Assembly (NCBI GenBank): GCA_030837625.1
Contig: JAUPKF010000003.1
Location: 1,596-65,595 of the forward strand
Length of the DNA stretch: 64,000 nt
Reading direction: 5' to 3'
Source: Patescibacteria group bacterium
GTDB taxonomy: Bacteria > Patescibacteriota > Minisyncoccia > Moranbacterales > UBA2206
The notes beneath the pieces are model-generated. The model was not told where the DNA came from. It worked only from the letters and a program-made list of their open reading frames with translations, and did no database searches. Every line of letters starts with the position of its first letter. The stretch's first letter is position 1. Shown here piece by piece: positions 48,784-58,098 of the stretch. A program made the translations under genes and the position numbers.

Positions 48784-49029
48784 ATGTTTATCGTTTATAT
48801 TTTACGCAGTTTAAAAAATAAAAAAAAATACACTGGTCAAACTTCAAAAGACGTTTTCAAAAGGTTATCAGAACACAATAGAAATTGCAATAAATGGACA
48901 AAAGAAAATGGTCCATTTAAGCTGATTCATTTTGAAGAATATCCATCAAGGACAGAGGCTATAAAAAGAGAACGTTTTTTGAAGTCTGGTCAAGGCAGAA
49001 AATGGCTGGATGAAAATATTAAAAACTAA
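48784..49029 (+). CDS. GIY-YIG nuclease-family small protein (YhbQ/COG2827-like)
   Basis: The 81-aa ORF reads MFIVYILRSLKNKKKYTGQTSKDVFKRLSEHNR..., with GIY...YTG and R..EHN motifs. It sits between the partial and the intact tRNA-Asn. Confidence 0.75.
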   Translation: MFIVYILRSLKNKKKYTGQTSKDVFKRLSEHNRNCNKWTKENGPFKLIHFEEYPSRTEAIKRERFLKSGQGRKWLDENIKN

Positions 49030-49033
49030 ATAT

Positions 49034-49105
49034 TCCGCGGTAGCTCAATGGTAGAGCAGTTGACTGTTAATCAATTGGTTGCAGGTTCGAGTCCTGCCCG
49101 CGGAG
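49034..49105 (+). tRNA. tRNA-Asn (anticodon GUU)
   Basis: Sequence is TCCGCGGTAGCTCAATGGTAGAGCAGTTGACTGTTAATCAATTGGTTGCAGGTTCGAGTCCTGCCCGCGGAG. The acceptor stem is TCCGCGG/CCGCGGA, the anticodon loop is CT-GTT-AA and the T-loop is GGTTCGAGTCC. Confidence 0.9.
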
Positions 49106-49333
49106 CACAGTATGACAAAGAGCGGCGAAAATGTCGCTTTTTGTTTTGTTTCAAAAATGACAAAAAATGTCATCTTTGACACTGGAAATCGCAAAAGCTA
49201 CAATTAAAACAAGTTGGTTTACATTTGACTTTCCAATATAAGCTAAATGAATATGTTTGTTGATATTGAAAACATAAACATATCGCTGTGATGCAGTAAA
49301 ATTCAGGAATTAATTCAGTAATAAAAAATTAAA

Positions 49334-49801
49334 ATGAAAAAAATATACAACCTCATCATTTCGCTTCTTATCCCGCAGTTGGCGGGAGGAATCGGGAGCG
49401 TCTTTACGGTCGGTTCGGTGAAAGATTGGTATCCAGTGCTGGTGAAGCCGGCGCTTAATCCGCCGAGCTGGGTATTTGGTTCGGTTTGGACAACGCTGTT
49501 TCTCTTGATGGGTTACGCGCTTTATCTTGTCTGGACGGACGAGAGCGGGAAAAGCAAGGGCCGAGCCTATTGGTTTTTTGGGATTCAAATGGTTTTGAAC
49601 GCGCTTTGGTCGATCATCTTTTTCGGCCTCCATTCCCCCGGCGGCGCGCTTTTGGAGATGGTTTTTCTTTGGCTGGCCATTCTTGCCACCATCATCGCCT
49701 TCGCCAAAATTTCCAAACCGGCCGCCTGGCTGCTCGTTCCGTACATTCTTTGGGTCAGTTTCGCCGGGTATCTCAACTGGTCGATTTGGATGTTGAACTA
49801 A
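49334..49801 (+). CDS. tspO: TspO/MBR-family tryptophan-rich sensory protein
   Basis: The 155-aa ORF has five TM helices with the W-rich TspO pattern (…PPSWVFGSVWTTLF…ALWSIIFFG…). Confidence 0.85.
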   Translation: MKKIYNLIISLLIPQLAGGIGSVFTVGSVKDWYPVLVKPALNPPSWVFGSVWTTLFLLMGYALYLVWTDESGKSKGRAYWFFGIQMVLNALWSIIFFGLHSPGGALLEMVFLWLAILATIIAFAKISKPAAWLLVPYILWVSFAGYLNWSIWMLN

Positions 49802-49933
49802 TACATAAAAGTCACTGAAGCTTCGGCGGACACGGTAAGTCCTCGCGGCGTTCGGAGCCTAAATAAAAAACGTGTCTTGGCACGTTTTTTGGTTTTTCTT
49901 TGTAGTATTTTCATAAACCTTAACCAAAAACTT

Positions 49934-50341
49934 ATGAAAAAATACAATCCCGCGGTTCATTTCGAAATGCCTTACGCGGACGGCGAAAGGCTTTCCAACT
50001 TCTACCGGCAGGCTTTCGGCTGGGAGATGAAAAAGTTGGGAGAAGATATGGGTCATTATATCCTGGCCGGGACGACCGAGACCGACGAGAAACAAATGGT
50101 CAAAAAGCCCGGAACCATAAACGGCGGTTTCTTCCCCGAAAATTCCTCGCCGGAAGCCAAATATCCTTCCATTGTTATTGCCGTCGAAGACATCAATGAA
50201 GCTATGGAAAAAGTCAAAGAGGCCGGCGGCAAAGTTCTTGGCGATCCGATGGAAATTCCCAACGTCGGCCGGTACGTGTCCTTTATCGACACAGAGGGAA
50301 ACCGCGTCAGTTTGCTGGAAACCGGCAAGATGTACGCGTGA
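49934..50341 (+). CDS. VOC-family (glyoxalase/bleomycin-resistance fold) protein
   Basis: The start is MKKYNPAVHFEMPYADGERLSNFYRQAFGW, while the track ORF starts at 49877. A beta-alpha-beta-beta-beta VOC pattern is present. Confidence 0.65.
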   Translation: MKKYNPAVHFEMPYADGERLSNFYRQAFGWEMKKLGEDMGHYILAGTTETDEKQMVKKPGTINGGFFPENSSPEAKYPSIVIAVEDINEAMEKVKEAGGKVLGDPMEIPNVGRYVSFIDTEGNRVSLLETGKMYA

Positions 50342-50396
50342 TGATATCAAGAAGCCTTGCCTCGAGACGGCTGGCTTTTGTTGTTCGAAGAAAATA

Positions 50397-50825
50397 TTAT
50401 TTCTGCATCAAGCTCAAGGTAACAGTCTGACTGGATCCGGTTATTTGAGAAACGGTCATTTGGACGTATTTATCCCCCTTTTCATATTGGGTGGCGTAAC
50501 TGGTTTCGGTAGGAGTATTGACGGCTGGCATTGTCCAGCCAATTTTTTTCATTTCGTCGTCATAATAAGCGGCGATGGTTTTGACGTCTTTAGCGCTTTC
50601 CAGCCGCAAAAGAACTCCCTCTTTCAGTGTCGGCCCATTAGTTATGATCTGAACCAAAGAAGCGTCTTTATACTGGGGCAAATTTTCTTTTTGATAAAGC
50701 TCCGGATAGCTAACGCCCTCTTTTTTTGCCGCCGCCTCTCCCCCGCTTCTTGTTTGAGTTTTTTCCCCGCAACCGGCCAAAAGCAAGAGCGCCGGCAGGA
50801 TGAAAATCCAAGCGTACTTTTTCAT
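50397..50825 (-). CDS. Lipoprotein (lipobox LLAGC)
   Basis: The N-terminus is MKKYAWIFILPALLLLAGCGEK. No recognisable domain. Confidence 0.5.
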   Translation of the reverse strand: MKKYAWIFILPALLLLAGCGEKTQTRSGGEAAAKKEGVSYPELYQKENLPQYKDASLVQIITNGPTLKEGVLLRLESAKDVKTIAAYYDDEMKKIGWTMPAVNTPTETSYATQYEKGDKYVQMTVSQITGSSQTVTLSLMQK

Positions 50826-50926
50826 TTTTTGTTTTTATTTAATTAATTACAGTTTTATAATATCACACAAAAGAACTGGGGGATATAGAATGCCATACAA
50901 TGCCGGACGAGTTGCGCGCGTTTTTT

Positions 50927-51799
50927 TTATTGATGCGTGACAACCGCCTCATAGATAATTACCTCGCCGTAATTATTATCATTGCAAAGATCAGCCGCTT
51001 CTTCCGTTTCGCAGTTTGATTGGGTGTAAACTCCAGCTTTGAAATAGGCTTCTTTCACCTCTTTTTCCAAAATATAGACCGGCGCGGCTCCTCCGTTATA
51101 GTAGACGGAAATTTCCCCGTCTTTAGCGATAAATTTTATGGTGAACCTTTTCCCCAGAGTGTAATTTTCGTCAAGCGTAGCAAGATTGGCGCGGCTCCGA
51201 GCCACAAAAAGTTTTTTATCTTCCAGCCGGATGACGATAAGATCATCGTCGTCCCCGTGAATTTGCCCGGCCACCACGTCCGGTTTGTTTTGAGGAACAG
51301 CCGTGATGGCTTGGTCAAGAAAAAGCGTATGCGTCCCACTGGTGGACGGCCAAACGGCCTCCTCTTTTCCGCCATCCGCCATTTCCCGCAGCTCTGTCCG
51401 GGGATAATCCGAATTGGCGGTTGTCGGGGCGTTAACCGGCGCCCGAAATACAACCCCTTTCTTGTCGGAAGATAAATTGAACCAGGGAGGCATTTCGAAA
51501 GTTGCCAATTCCGGTTGAAAAATATCCTTCGGAGCTTCTGAATCATTGGCAACCGTAATTGGAAGCGTCAGTTTCCAATTACTCAGGTTAAGGATTTGAG
51601 CGGGAAAAACCGCTCCATTAAGACGAGCTGGCGACGACTGAGGAGAAGGAACCAATGGAAAGAGCGGCTTTGAGCTGTTTTCATTTTTTGAGGAATACAG
51701 AAAAACGGCCGTTCCCAGAAAAAACAGAAGAATTATTGCTCCCGCCGCGTATCGTTTTTTGTTGAAAGTATCAATTGCCATAAAAGTTGAAATCTCCAT
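50927..51799 (-). CDS. Polysaccharide lyase family 7 (alginate-lyase-type) domain protein, N-terminally membrane-anchored
   Basis: All three PL7 signature blocks are present: ...DYPRTELREMADG..., ...VAGQIHGDDD... and ...AYFKAGVYTQS.... Confidence 0.75.
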   Translation of the reverse strand: MEISTFMAIDTFNKKRYAAGAIILLFFLGTAVFLYSSKNENSSKPLFPLVPSPQSSPARLNGAVFPAQILNLSNWKLTLPITVANDSEAPKDIFQPELATFEMPPWFNLSSDKKGVVFRAPVNAPTTANSDYPRTELREMADGGKEEAVWPSTSGTHTLFLDQAITAVPQNKPDVVAGQIHGDDDDLIVIRLEDKKLFVARSRANLATLDENYTLGKRFTIKFIAKDGEISVYYNGGAAPVYILEKEVKEAYFKAGVYTQSNCETEEAADLCNDNNYGEVIIYEAVVTHQ

Positions 51800-51975
51800 T
51801 GCAAGTTACTACAATTATGCCTCCGGATGTTTGCAAAAAGACAGCCGCCGTCGATTTGACAAAAACCGGTAACAAGCCTATAATGTAAAGGAAGTCCAAT
51901 AAGCATGCAGCAGAAGACTCGTCGAACTTTTTTTTGCAGGCCCTAATGGCACTCAATTAACTATTTACCAAAACT

Positions 51976-52182
51976 ATGGAACAAGGAACAATCAAAAAGT
52001 TGGTTTCCGACCGTGGATTCGGATTCATCTCTCGCGAGGGAAATGACAAGGATCTTTTCTTTCATTCGAAAGAACTCCAGGGCGTAACCTTCGAAGATCT
52101 GAGAGAAGGCGACAAAGTCCAGTTCGAAGTTGCTGACGGTCCGAAAGGTCCTAGCGCTGTGAACGTATCAAAAGTTGCCTAA
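51976..52182 (+). CDS. Cold-shock protein (CspA family)
   Basis: The 68-aa ORF has RNP-1 (…RGFGFI…) and RNP-2-like (…FFH…) motifs. Confidence 0.9.
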   Translation: MEQGTIKKLVSDRGFGFISREGNDKDLFFHSKELQGVTFEDLREGDKVQFEVADGPKGPSAVNVSKVA

Positions 52183-52232
52183 ATACTTTTCAAGTATTTC
52201 ACAAAAACCACCCCGCCAAAATGGGGTGGTTT

Positions 52233-53345
52233 TTAATAATCTTTGAGTCCCACTTCTCTCAAATCCTTTTTCGCCTTATTAATAAACCTCCCAAACTGCC
52301 GGGCGTTGTTTCTTTTTTCGAAACTACTGGCTTCGTTGTGCCGGGCTTCTTTTGCGAGAGATATGTAGTTGGCATATTTCTCCGCGTCGAGCGCGCCGGA
52401 CTTTGTGGCAGCGAGCACCGCGCAACCAGGCTCGTGCGTATGCGTGCAATCTTCAAACTTGCATTCCTTGGCAAACGCCGCAATCTCGTGAAAAACATCG
52501 CCGACACCGGAAAGCGTATCGATCAGTCCTACTTCCCGCACGCCCGGATTGTCAATGACGATCCCGCCGCCGTCTAAAAAATACATTTCGCGCCTCGTAG
52601 TGACATGCCTTCCTCTGTCAGCATATTCGCTAATGTCGCCTGTTTTAATAATTTCATTGCCGAGTAAAATATTAATAAGCGAAGATTTCCCGACGCCGGA
52701 CGATCCCAAAAAACAATATGTCTTGCCCTTGGCTATATTTTTTTTGAGTTCATCTAATCCTTCTTCAGTCTTGGTACTTGTCGCGAAAATCAAAACATCG
52801 CCAAGCCTGGTTCTTATTTCCGCCAATTTCAAATCCAATTCATCTTTGGCCAAAAGATCGACTTTATTGAGAATAACCGCCGGCTCGATGCCGCCGTCTC
52901 TGGCTATGGCAAAATATCTTTCAAACCGATTGAGATTAAAATCCCGGCCGACTGACTGGACAATAAAGGCGGTGTCAATATTGGCGGCTATCATCTGCGT
53001 GTCATTTTTTTCGCCTTGCCTGTCCTTGTCACCGGTCTTTCTTTTCATCACCGTCTTTCTCGGCAAAACTCCGCGGAGCGCCGCTTGCCCATCTCCGCTC
53101 TCCTCGATTGCCACCCAATCACCGACCGCCGGATAATCTTCTCTTGATCGGGCGTTGAATCTAATTTTTCCGGTAATCTTGGCCAGATATTCCCCGTCGA
53201 TGTTTTTTACCCGATAAGCGCCCTTGGTTTCCGAAGTGACTCTCGCTACGGCAAAATCGCCGAACTCTAATTTTTTTCGATTCGTTTCAAAAAAATCATT
53301 ATACCCCAGATCTTCCAGCGTCAATTTTTCAGCCTCTTTTTCCAT
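52233..53345 (-). CDS. rsgA: Ribosome small-subunit-dependent GTPase A (RsgA/YjeQ)
   Basis: It has an OB domain, a circularly permuted GTPase (…NKVDLL… before ...GSSGVGKSSLIN...) and a C-terminal zinc knuckle (…CKFEDCTHTHEPGCAV…). Confidence 0.85.
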   Translation of the reverse strand: MEKEAEKLTLEDLGYNDFFETNRKKLEFGDFAVARVTSETKGAYRVKNIDGEYLAKITGKIRFNARSREDYPAVGDWVAIEESGDGQAALRGVLPRKTVMKRKTGDKDRQGEKNDTQMIAANIDTAFIVQSVGRDFNLNRFERYFAIARDGGIEPAVILNKVDLLAKDELDLKLAEIRTRLGDVLIFATSTKTEEGLDELKKNIAKGKTYCFLGSSGVGKSSLINILLGNEIIKTGDISEYADRGRHVTTRREMYFLDGGGIVIDNPGVREVGLIDTLSGVGDVFHEIAAFAKECKFEDCTHTHEPGCAVLAATKSGALDAEKYANYISLAKEARHNEASSFEKRNNARQFGRFINKAKKDLREVGLKDY

Positions 53346-53500
53346 TTACATAATATTTAACAGTGTTAGTAAAACTTCCAGCTCTTCTATACTTTACCTC
53401 TCGCCGTAGCAAAAAACAAGTTTGAGATATAATTTTTCGGTGGAAAAATATAATTTTTTGTGATAGACTTTGGGGATAAACGAGATAAGACGAAGCAAAT

Positions 53501-54451
53501 ATGTTAAAAATCATCGCTGACTGGATTACCTATTCAATTTTCAATATTGCGCCGCAAACGCTTTTGGCCGAAGCGGTCAATTTTTTTATCTATGACATAA
53601 TCAAGATTTTTCTGCTGCTGGCAGTAATAATTTTCATTATTTCCCTTATTCGATCGTATCTTCCACCGGAAAAAATCAGAATCATCCTTTCAAGCGAGAA
53701 AAGGTATTTTGGCAATGTGCTCGCTTCGCTTCTTGGAATAATCACGCCATTTTGCACCTGCTCGGCTATTCCGTTATTTCTAGGTTTTTTGGAAGCCGGC
53801 ATGCCACTCGGAACAACTTTTTCTTTTCTGGTCGCCTCTCCTATGATCAATGAAGTGGCTTTGGTTTTGCTTTTGGGAATGTTCGGTTGGAAAATCGCCT
53901 TTCTGTATATTGTCAGCGGACTGGTAATCTCAATTCTTTCAGGAATTTTTATCAGTAAACTAAAAGTAGAAAATTTGGTGGCAGACTTTGTTTATAAAAG
54001 TAAGTTCAACGGACAACTGCAAATGCCCGAAATAACTTGGAAGCAAAGAATCAATTACGCTAAAAACTATACAACTGGGATTATTAAGAAAGTTTGGATA
54101 TATATCATTATCGGTGTCGGGGTTGGCGCGTGGATCCATGGTTATGTCCCGACTGATTTTCTGGCGCAATATGCAGGGGCGGACAAATGGTACGCCGTAC
54201 CCCTGGCGGTCCTAATCGGCATCCCGCTTTACTCCAACGCGGCCGGCGTCATTCCTTTGGTCAGCGCACTTACGGAAAAGGGTGTCGCTTTGGGAACAAC
54301 TTTGGCTTTCATGATGGCGGTTACCGGACTGTCTCTTCCAGAGTTTATGATTCTCAAAAAAGTAATAAAAGTGAAGTTGATTGTTATCTTTGCCGGCATC
54401 GTGGGACTGGGAATTTTGTTTACCGGCTATTTATTTAATCTTGTTTTATAA
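53501..54451 (+). CDS. COG0701-type two-repeat permease
   Basis: The 316-aa polytopic ORF has ...ITPFCTCSAIPLFLGFLEAGMPLGTTFSFLVASP... in the first repeat and ...AVPLAVLIGIPLYSNAAGVIPLVSALTEKGVALGTTLAFMMAVT... in the second. Confidence 0.7.
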   Translation: MLKIIADWITYSIFNIAPQTLLAEAVNFFIYDIIKIFLLLAVIIFIISLIRSYLPPEKIRIILSSEKRYFGNVLASLLGIITPFCTCSAIPLFLGFLEAGMPLGTTFSFLVASPMINEVALVLLLGMFGWKIAFLYIVSGLVISILSGIFISKLKVENLVADFVYKSKFNGQLQMPEITWKQRINYAKNYTTGIIKKVWIYIIIGVGVGAWIHGYVPTDFLAQYAGADKWYAVPLAVLIGIPLYSNAAGVIPLVSALTEKGVALGTTLAFMMAVTGLSLPEFMILKKVIKVKLIVIFAGIVGLGILFTGYLFNLVL

Positions 54452-54497
54452 CTTAAAAAAAACACGCCTGCCGGCGCGTTTTTTCTGATTTTTTATT

Positions 54498-55697
54498 TTA
54501 CACAAACGTCAAAGCTGTTCCTCTTTGGTCGGCGCGGCCGGTGCGGCCGATACGGTGGATATAGTCTTCGTAAGTATTAGGAAGATCAAAGTTGATAACA
54601 TGACTGACGTTGGGAATGTCCAAACCTCTGGCCGCCACGTCGGTCGCCACCAGAATCTCGACTATGTTTTCCTTGAACATCTTGAGCGCCCTTTGCCGCT
54701 TGGCATGAGGCTTGTCGCCGTGGATGGCTTCCGCTTTAAAACCTCTTAAATGCAAGTTTTTAGTAAGTCTGTCCGCGCCGTGTTTGGTGCGGGTGAAGAC
54801 CAACACTTTTTCGAACTCGGTTTTGATGAGCAAATCGTGCAAAACTTCAACTTTGTCCTTGCCGATCGAAACGCGCACAATATCCTGCTCCACCTGCCTG
54901 GATGTTTCCCCTGTTTTGATGGAAATCTTTTCCGGATCGGTCAAAAATTTTCGGACCAAGTTTTCTATCTCTGTTGAAAAAGTAGCGGAAAAAAGCAACG
55001 TCTGTCTTTTCGGGGCAACCAGCGACAAAAGCAGTTTCACGTCAGGCAAAAACCCCATATCCAGCATCCGGTCTGCTTCATCCAAAACGACGTTGTTGAA
55101 ACGCGAGAGATCAAGAACTTTCCGATCGATAAGATCTTTGAGCCTTCCGGGCGTACCAACGACAACATTATGCCGCAAGCGAAGCTCGCTAATCTGGCGG
55201 CCGATATTGGCGCCGCCGACAACAACAACGGAAAATAAGCGCAATCCCCGGACCAGCGCGACAAACTCTTCTTGTATTTGAATCGCCAGCTCTCGCGTCG
55301 GCACGACAATAAGCGCCTTTTCCTGCGGGTTGGTTAGAATTTTTTGGATAAGCGGAACGAGAAAGGCCGCCGTCTTTCCGGTTCCAGTATTGGCCAGCCC
55401 GATCACGTCGCGTCCGGCTAAAACTTCCGGAATAGCCGCGTCCTGGATAGGCGTAGGCGTAACATACCCCCGGCGTTCAATCGCAGCTTTCAAAGAAGGA
55501 TGGATCTTCAACTCGCTGAAGGAATAGCGGGGCGCGAAAACCTCCGCCGCTGAAGGCAGTTGGGCTTTGTTTATGAAGCGATTAATGTTGATTCTTTCTC
55601 CGGCGTTTCCGCGCGGTACCTGCCGGGAAAAACCGCGGCCGGAATTTCTGCGTCCACTATTCGCGCGCGGACGCTGCGCGTTGTTTCGTTTATACAT
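54498..55697 (-). CDS. DEAD-box ATP-dependent RNA helicase with an R/G-rich N-terminus
   Basis: It has a Q motif, Walker A (ANTGTGKT), DEAD (VLDEADRMLDMGF), SAT and HRIGRTGR motifs. Confidence 0.9.
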   Translation of the reverse strand: MYKRNNAQRPRANSGRRNSGRGFSRQVPRGNAGERININRFINKAQLPSAAEVFAPRYSFSELKIHPSLKAAIERRGYVTPTPIQDAAIPEVLAGRDVIGLANTGTGKTAAFLVPLIQKILTNPQEKALIVVPTRELAIQIQEEFVALVRGLRLFSVVVVGGANIGRQISELRLRHNVVVGTPGRLKDLIDRKVLDLSRFNNVVLDEADRMLDMGFLPDVKLLLSLVAPKRQTLLFSATFSTEIENLVRKFLTDPEKISIKTGETSRQVEQDIVRVSIGKDKVEVLHDLLIKTEFEKVLVFTRTKHGADRLTKNLHLRGFKAEAIHGDKPHAKRQRALKMFKENIVEILVATDVAARGLDIPNVSHVINFDLPNTYEDYIHRIGRTGRADQRGTALTFV

Positions 55698-55925
55698 CGA
55701 GTATTAAACATAAAAAATTAGATGTTTTATGTTTAGATACCCGCAGTCAAACGAACCAGAAGTATTAACATAAAAAGCCAGTATATCACCTCTTTTCCTG
55801 TTTGTCAAGCCGACCGCCCATAATTCATACCGGACGGGTTGGCAAAAGCGTGGCCCACGCCGGGATAAATATGGCTTTAATAAAGATTTCCGCAATAATC
55901 CACCCCTTTATGCTGTAATAAAAGC

Positions 55926-56345
55926 ATGATTGAGAAAATAAAGAAAACTGAAGCTGAGTGGGAACGGATTCTCGCGCCGGAACAATACAGAGTTATGCGC
56001 CAGCGCGGAACGGAATCGCCGTTTTCCTGCGTTTGGGGCAAGCACGAAAATGGAACGTACTTTTGCGCCGCCTGCGATTTGCCTCTCTTCAGCGCCGACG
56101 CTAAGTTTGAATCCGGCACCGGCTGGCCCAGCTATTTTGAACCCCTCAGAAATGATCACATTGAAGAGCGCGAGGATAATTCATTCGGAATGAATCGCAC
56201 GGAAGTGGTTTGCGCTCGCTGCAGCTCGCACTTGGGACATGTTTTCAACGACCCGCCTCGACTCGGCGAGGCGGGCGGTCCGCCTCCATCCGACAAACGC
56301 TACTGCATAAATTCCGTGGCGGTGGTTTTCAAACTGAACCAATAA
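55926..56345 (+). CDS. msrB: Peptide-methionine (R)-S-oxide reductase MsrB
   Basis: The zinc-binding CxxC pairs are ...CAACDLPLF... and ...CARCSSHLGHVF.... The catalytic Cys motif is ...RYCINS.... Confidence 0.9.
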   Translation: MIEKIKKTEAEWERILAPEQYRVMRQRGTESPFSCVWGKHENGTYFCAACDLPLFSADAKFESGTGWPSYFEPLRNDHIEEREDNSFGMNRTEVVCARCSSHLGHVFNDPPRLGEAGGPPPSDKRYCINSVAVVFKLNQ

Positions 56346-56386
56346 TTTTTTGAAATTTAAGCTGTAACAAAATAAGAAACACACAT

Positions 56387-57112
56387 ATGGATATCCAAAA
56401 GCCAAAAACAAAAAAAATTACCCAAATCTTTTTGCCAATTTTTATCCTTGCCGCCGTTTCCACCCTCGCCTATTCCATCCCAAGCGCCTGTTCGCAAACA
56501 GCCGAACTAAATAAGCCAGCAGGGCAACAATCAACTCTTTCAACCATCGTTAATTATTCCGATGATTTAAAAAATATATTTCAGGAGAAAAATTCCGGCG
56601 CGATATGCGAGATCGGAAGCGCTGACGCGAAAGTCGCCGGGGTTTCCGCCGGGGTTTCCACGGAAAACGAAAATTCCGCAAACACCGGCCTCCAGTCATC
56701 GACTGTCGGCATAGATTCTAACGCAACTGCCACCGAAGAAGAAACGTTGCCGGAAAAAGTTTCCGCTCCGGTTGAAAAAGCGCCTGCCGCTGAAAGTAAA
56801 TCTGATTCGAAAAACATTACATTGGAAAAGCCCAAGCCCGAACCTAAAGCGGCGGTTGTTTCCAAGCCTAAGAGCAGTCCGACATCTATCGGAAAACCCG
56901 GACGAATACTAGCGAATACAAAAACCGCAAACGGTAAAAAGGTTTGCGCCAGAAAGAATGATCGTCCTCGCAAGAGCGAAAAAAATCCTCCTGGTCAGAT
57001 AGACGCCGAGTGCTGCCTGGATCCGGATGAAATTCCCAACTCCAATTGCCATTACCCTGCGGAAAAGTACGGCGAACTCATTCAAAGATATCTAGCCGGA
57101 ACAAAAAAATAG
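56387..57112 (+). CDS. Secreted protein of unknown function (signal peptide, A/S/K/P-rich middle, Cys-containing C-terminus)
   Basis: The 241-aa ORF has an N-terminal signal-like helix and a low-complexity central part. The C-terminus is ...ECCLDPDEIPNSNCHYP.... Confidence 0.4.
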   Translation: MDIQKPKTKKITQIFLPIFILAAVSTLAYSIPSACSQTAELNKPAGQQSTLSTIVNYSDDLKNIFQEKNSGAICEIGSADAKVAGVSAGVSTENENSANTGLQSSTVGIDSNATATEEETLPEKVSAPVEKAPAAESKSDSKNITLEKPKPEPKAAVVSKPKSSPTSIGKPGRILANTKTANGKKVCARKNDRPRKSEKNPPGQIDAECCLDPDEIPNSNCHYPAEKYGELIQRYLAGTKK

Positions 57113-57190
57113 GTTATTCGCTTCGCGAACCGGCACTACGAATGCCGGACATACGAATTATTTATGAATGAATATTTGCCCAAGAACAGC

Positions 57191-57544
57191 ATGATTAAGA
57201 TCAAACAGGCGCGTGAAAAACCGACAAAGGGCGACGGCGCCAGGATTCTGGTTGACCGAGTCTGGCCGAGAGGCCTTCCAAAAGAGGAAGCGGCGGTTGA
57301 TTTGTGGTTGAAAGAAATCGCGCCGAGCTTGCGCCTGCGCAAGTGGTTCTCGCACGATCCCAAAAAGTGGACCGGCTTTAGGGAAAAATATTTCGAAGAA
57401 CTGGCACTAAGAAGCAAGGACATCGAAAAGATTCTGAGAAAAGAAAAGAAGAACCGAACGGTAACCCTTGTTTACGGCGCTAACGAGAAACGTTTCAATC
57501 AAGCGGCGGCGCTCAAGGAATTTTTGGAGGAAAAGACTAAATAA
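57191..57544 (+). CDS. DUF488-family protein
   Basis: The sequence MIKIKQAREKP...RILVDRVWPRGL...LWLKEIAPS..LRKWFSHDP.KW..F matches the DUF488 pattern. The track ORF starts at 57164. Confidence 0.6.
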   Translation: MIKIKQAREKPTKGDGARILVDRVWPRGLPKEEAAVDLWLKEIAPSLRLRKWFSHDPKKWTGFREKYFEELALRSKDIEKILRKEKKNRTVTLVYGANEKRFNQAAALKEFLEEKTK

Positions 57545-57616
57545 TCTTTACTTCCTTTCAACAAAAAAGAGTTCTTCTCGAGCTCTTTTTTTCTGATGCT
57601 AGAAAACCGAACCAAG

Positions 57617-58048
57617 TCAAAATATTTCCTTCCCCAACATCAGCTTTTCCAAACTCCATTTGCCGCTTCCGTATCGGGTAATGGCCAAAAAACTCGCGAA
57701 AAATAGGAGCGCCAACTCTCCGCCGTTAAGAAACGGGTTAACTCCGTTGGGAAAATGGACGGTAAGGTAAGCAACGAGCATCTCAACAGTCGCGATAGCC
57801 GCGAAGAATCTGGTGAAAATTCCCGCCGCTACCAATATGCCGGCAAAAGTTTCAATTATCCCCGCCAAGCCGACCATTCCCAAGAGTGGAGGCGTTCCCC
57901 CCAGCCCGTCTATTCCGCCGAAAGCGCCCAGAACCTTTTGAATTCCGTGCAAGAAAAAGACTCCTCCGACAATTATCCGGAAGAGCGGATAAAAAGAATT
58001 CCCCGCCAAATTGTTCAGATATTTTCCGATTTTTCCTTCTGTTTCCAT
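57617..58048 (-). CDS. DoxX-family membrane protein
   Basis: The 143-aa ORF has four TM helices with a DoxX-like N-terminus ...LFRIIVGGVFFLHGIQK.... Confidence 0.65.
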   Translation of the reverse strand: METEGKIGKYLNNLAGNSFYPLFRIIVGGVFFLHGIQKVLGAFGGIDGLGGTPPLLGMVGLAGIIETFAGILVAAGIFTRFFAAIATVEMLVAYLTVHFPNGVNPFLNGGELALLFFASFLAITRYGSGKWSLEKLMLGKEIF

Positions 58049-58098
58049 AATATTTTCACCTAAGAATTAATTCAATATTTATTACAAACGATAAACCT

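Noticed and set aside
42280-52200. Calling 42-52 kb a horizontally acquired genomic island on GC alone
   Set aside because: GC does appear higher in several genes here (the beta-propeller protein, TspO, PL7), but housekeeping genes such as rpoD and guaB are also around 50% GC in places. Without a genome-wide baseline or boundaries (integrase or tRNA-flank repeats) this stays a hint only. It is reported gene by gene instead.
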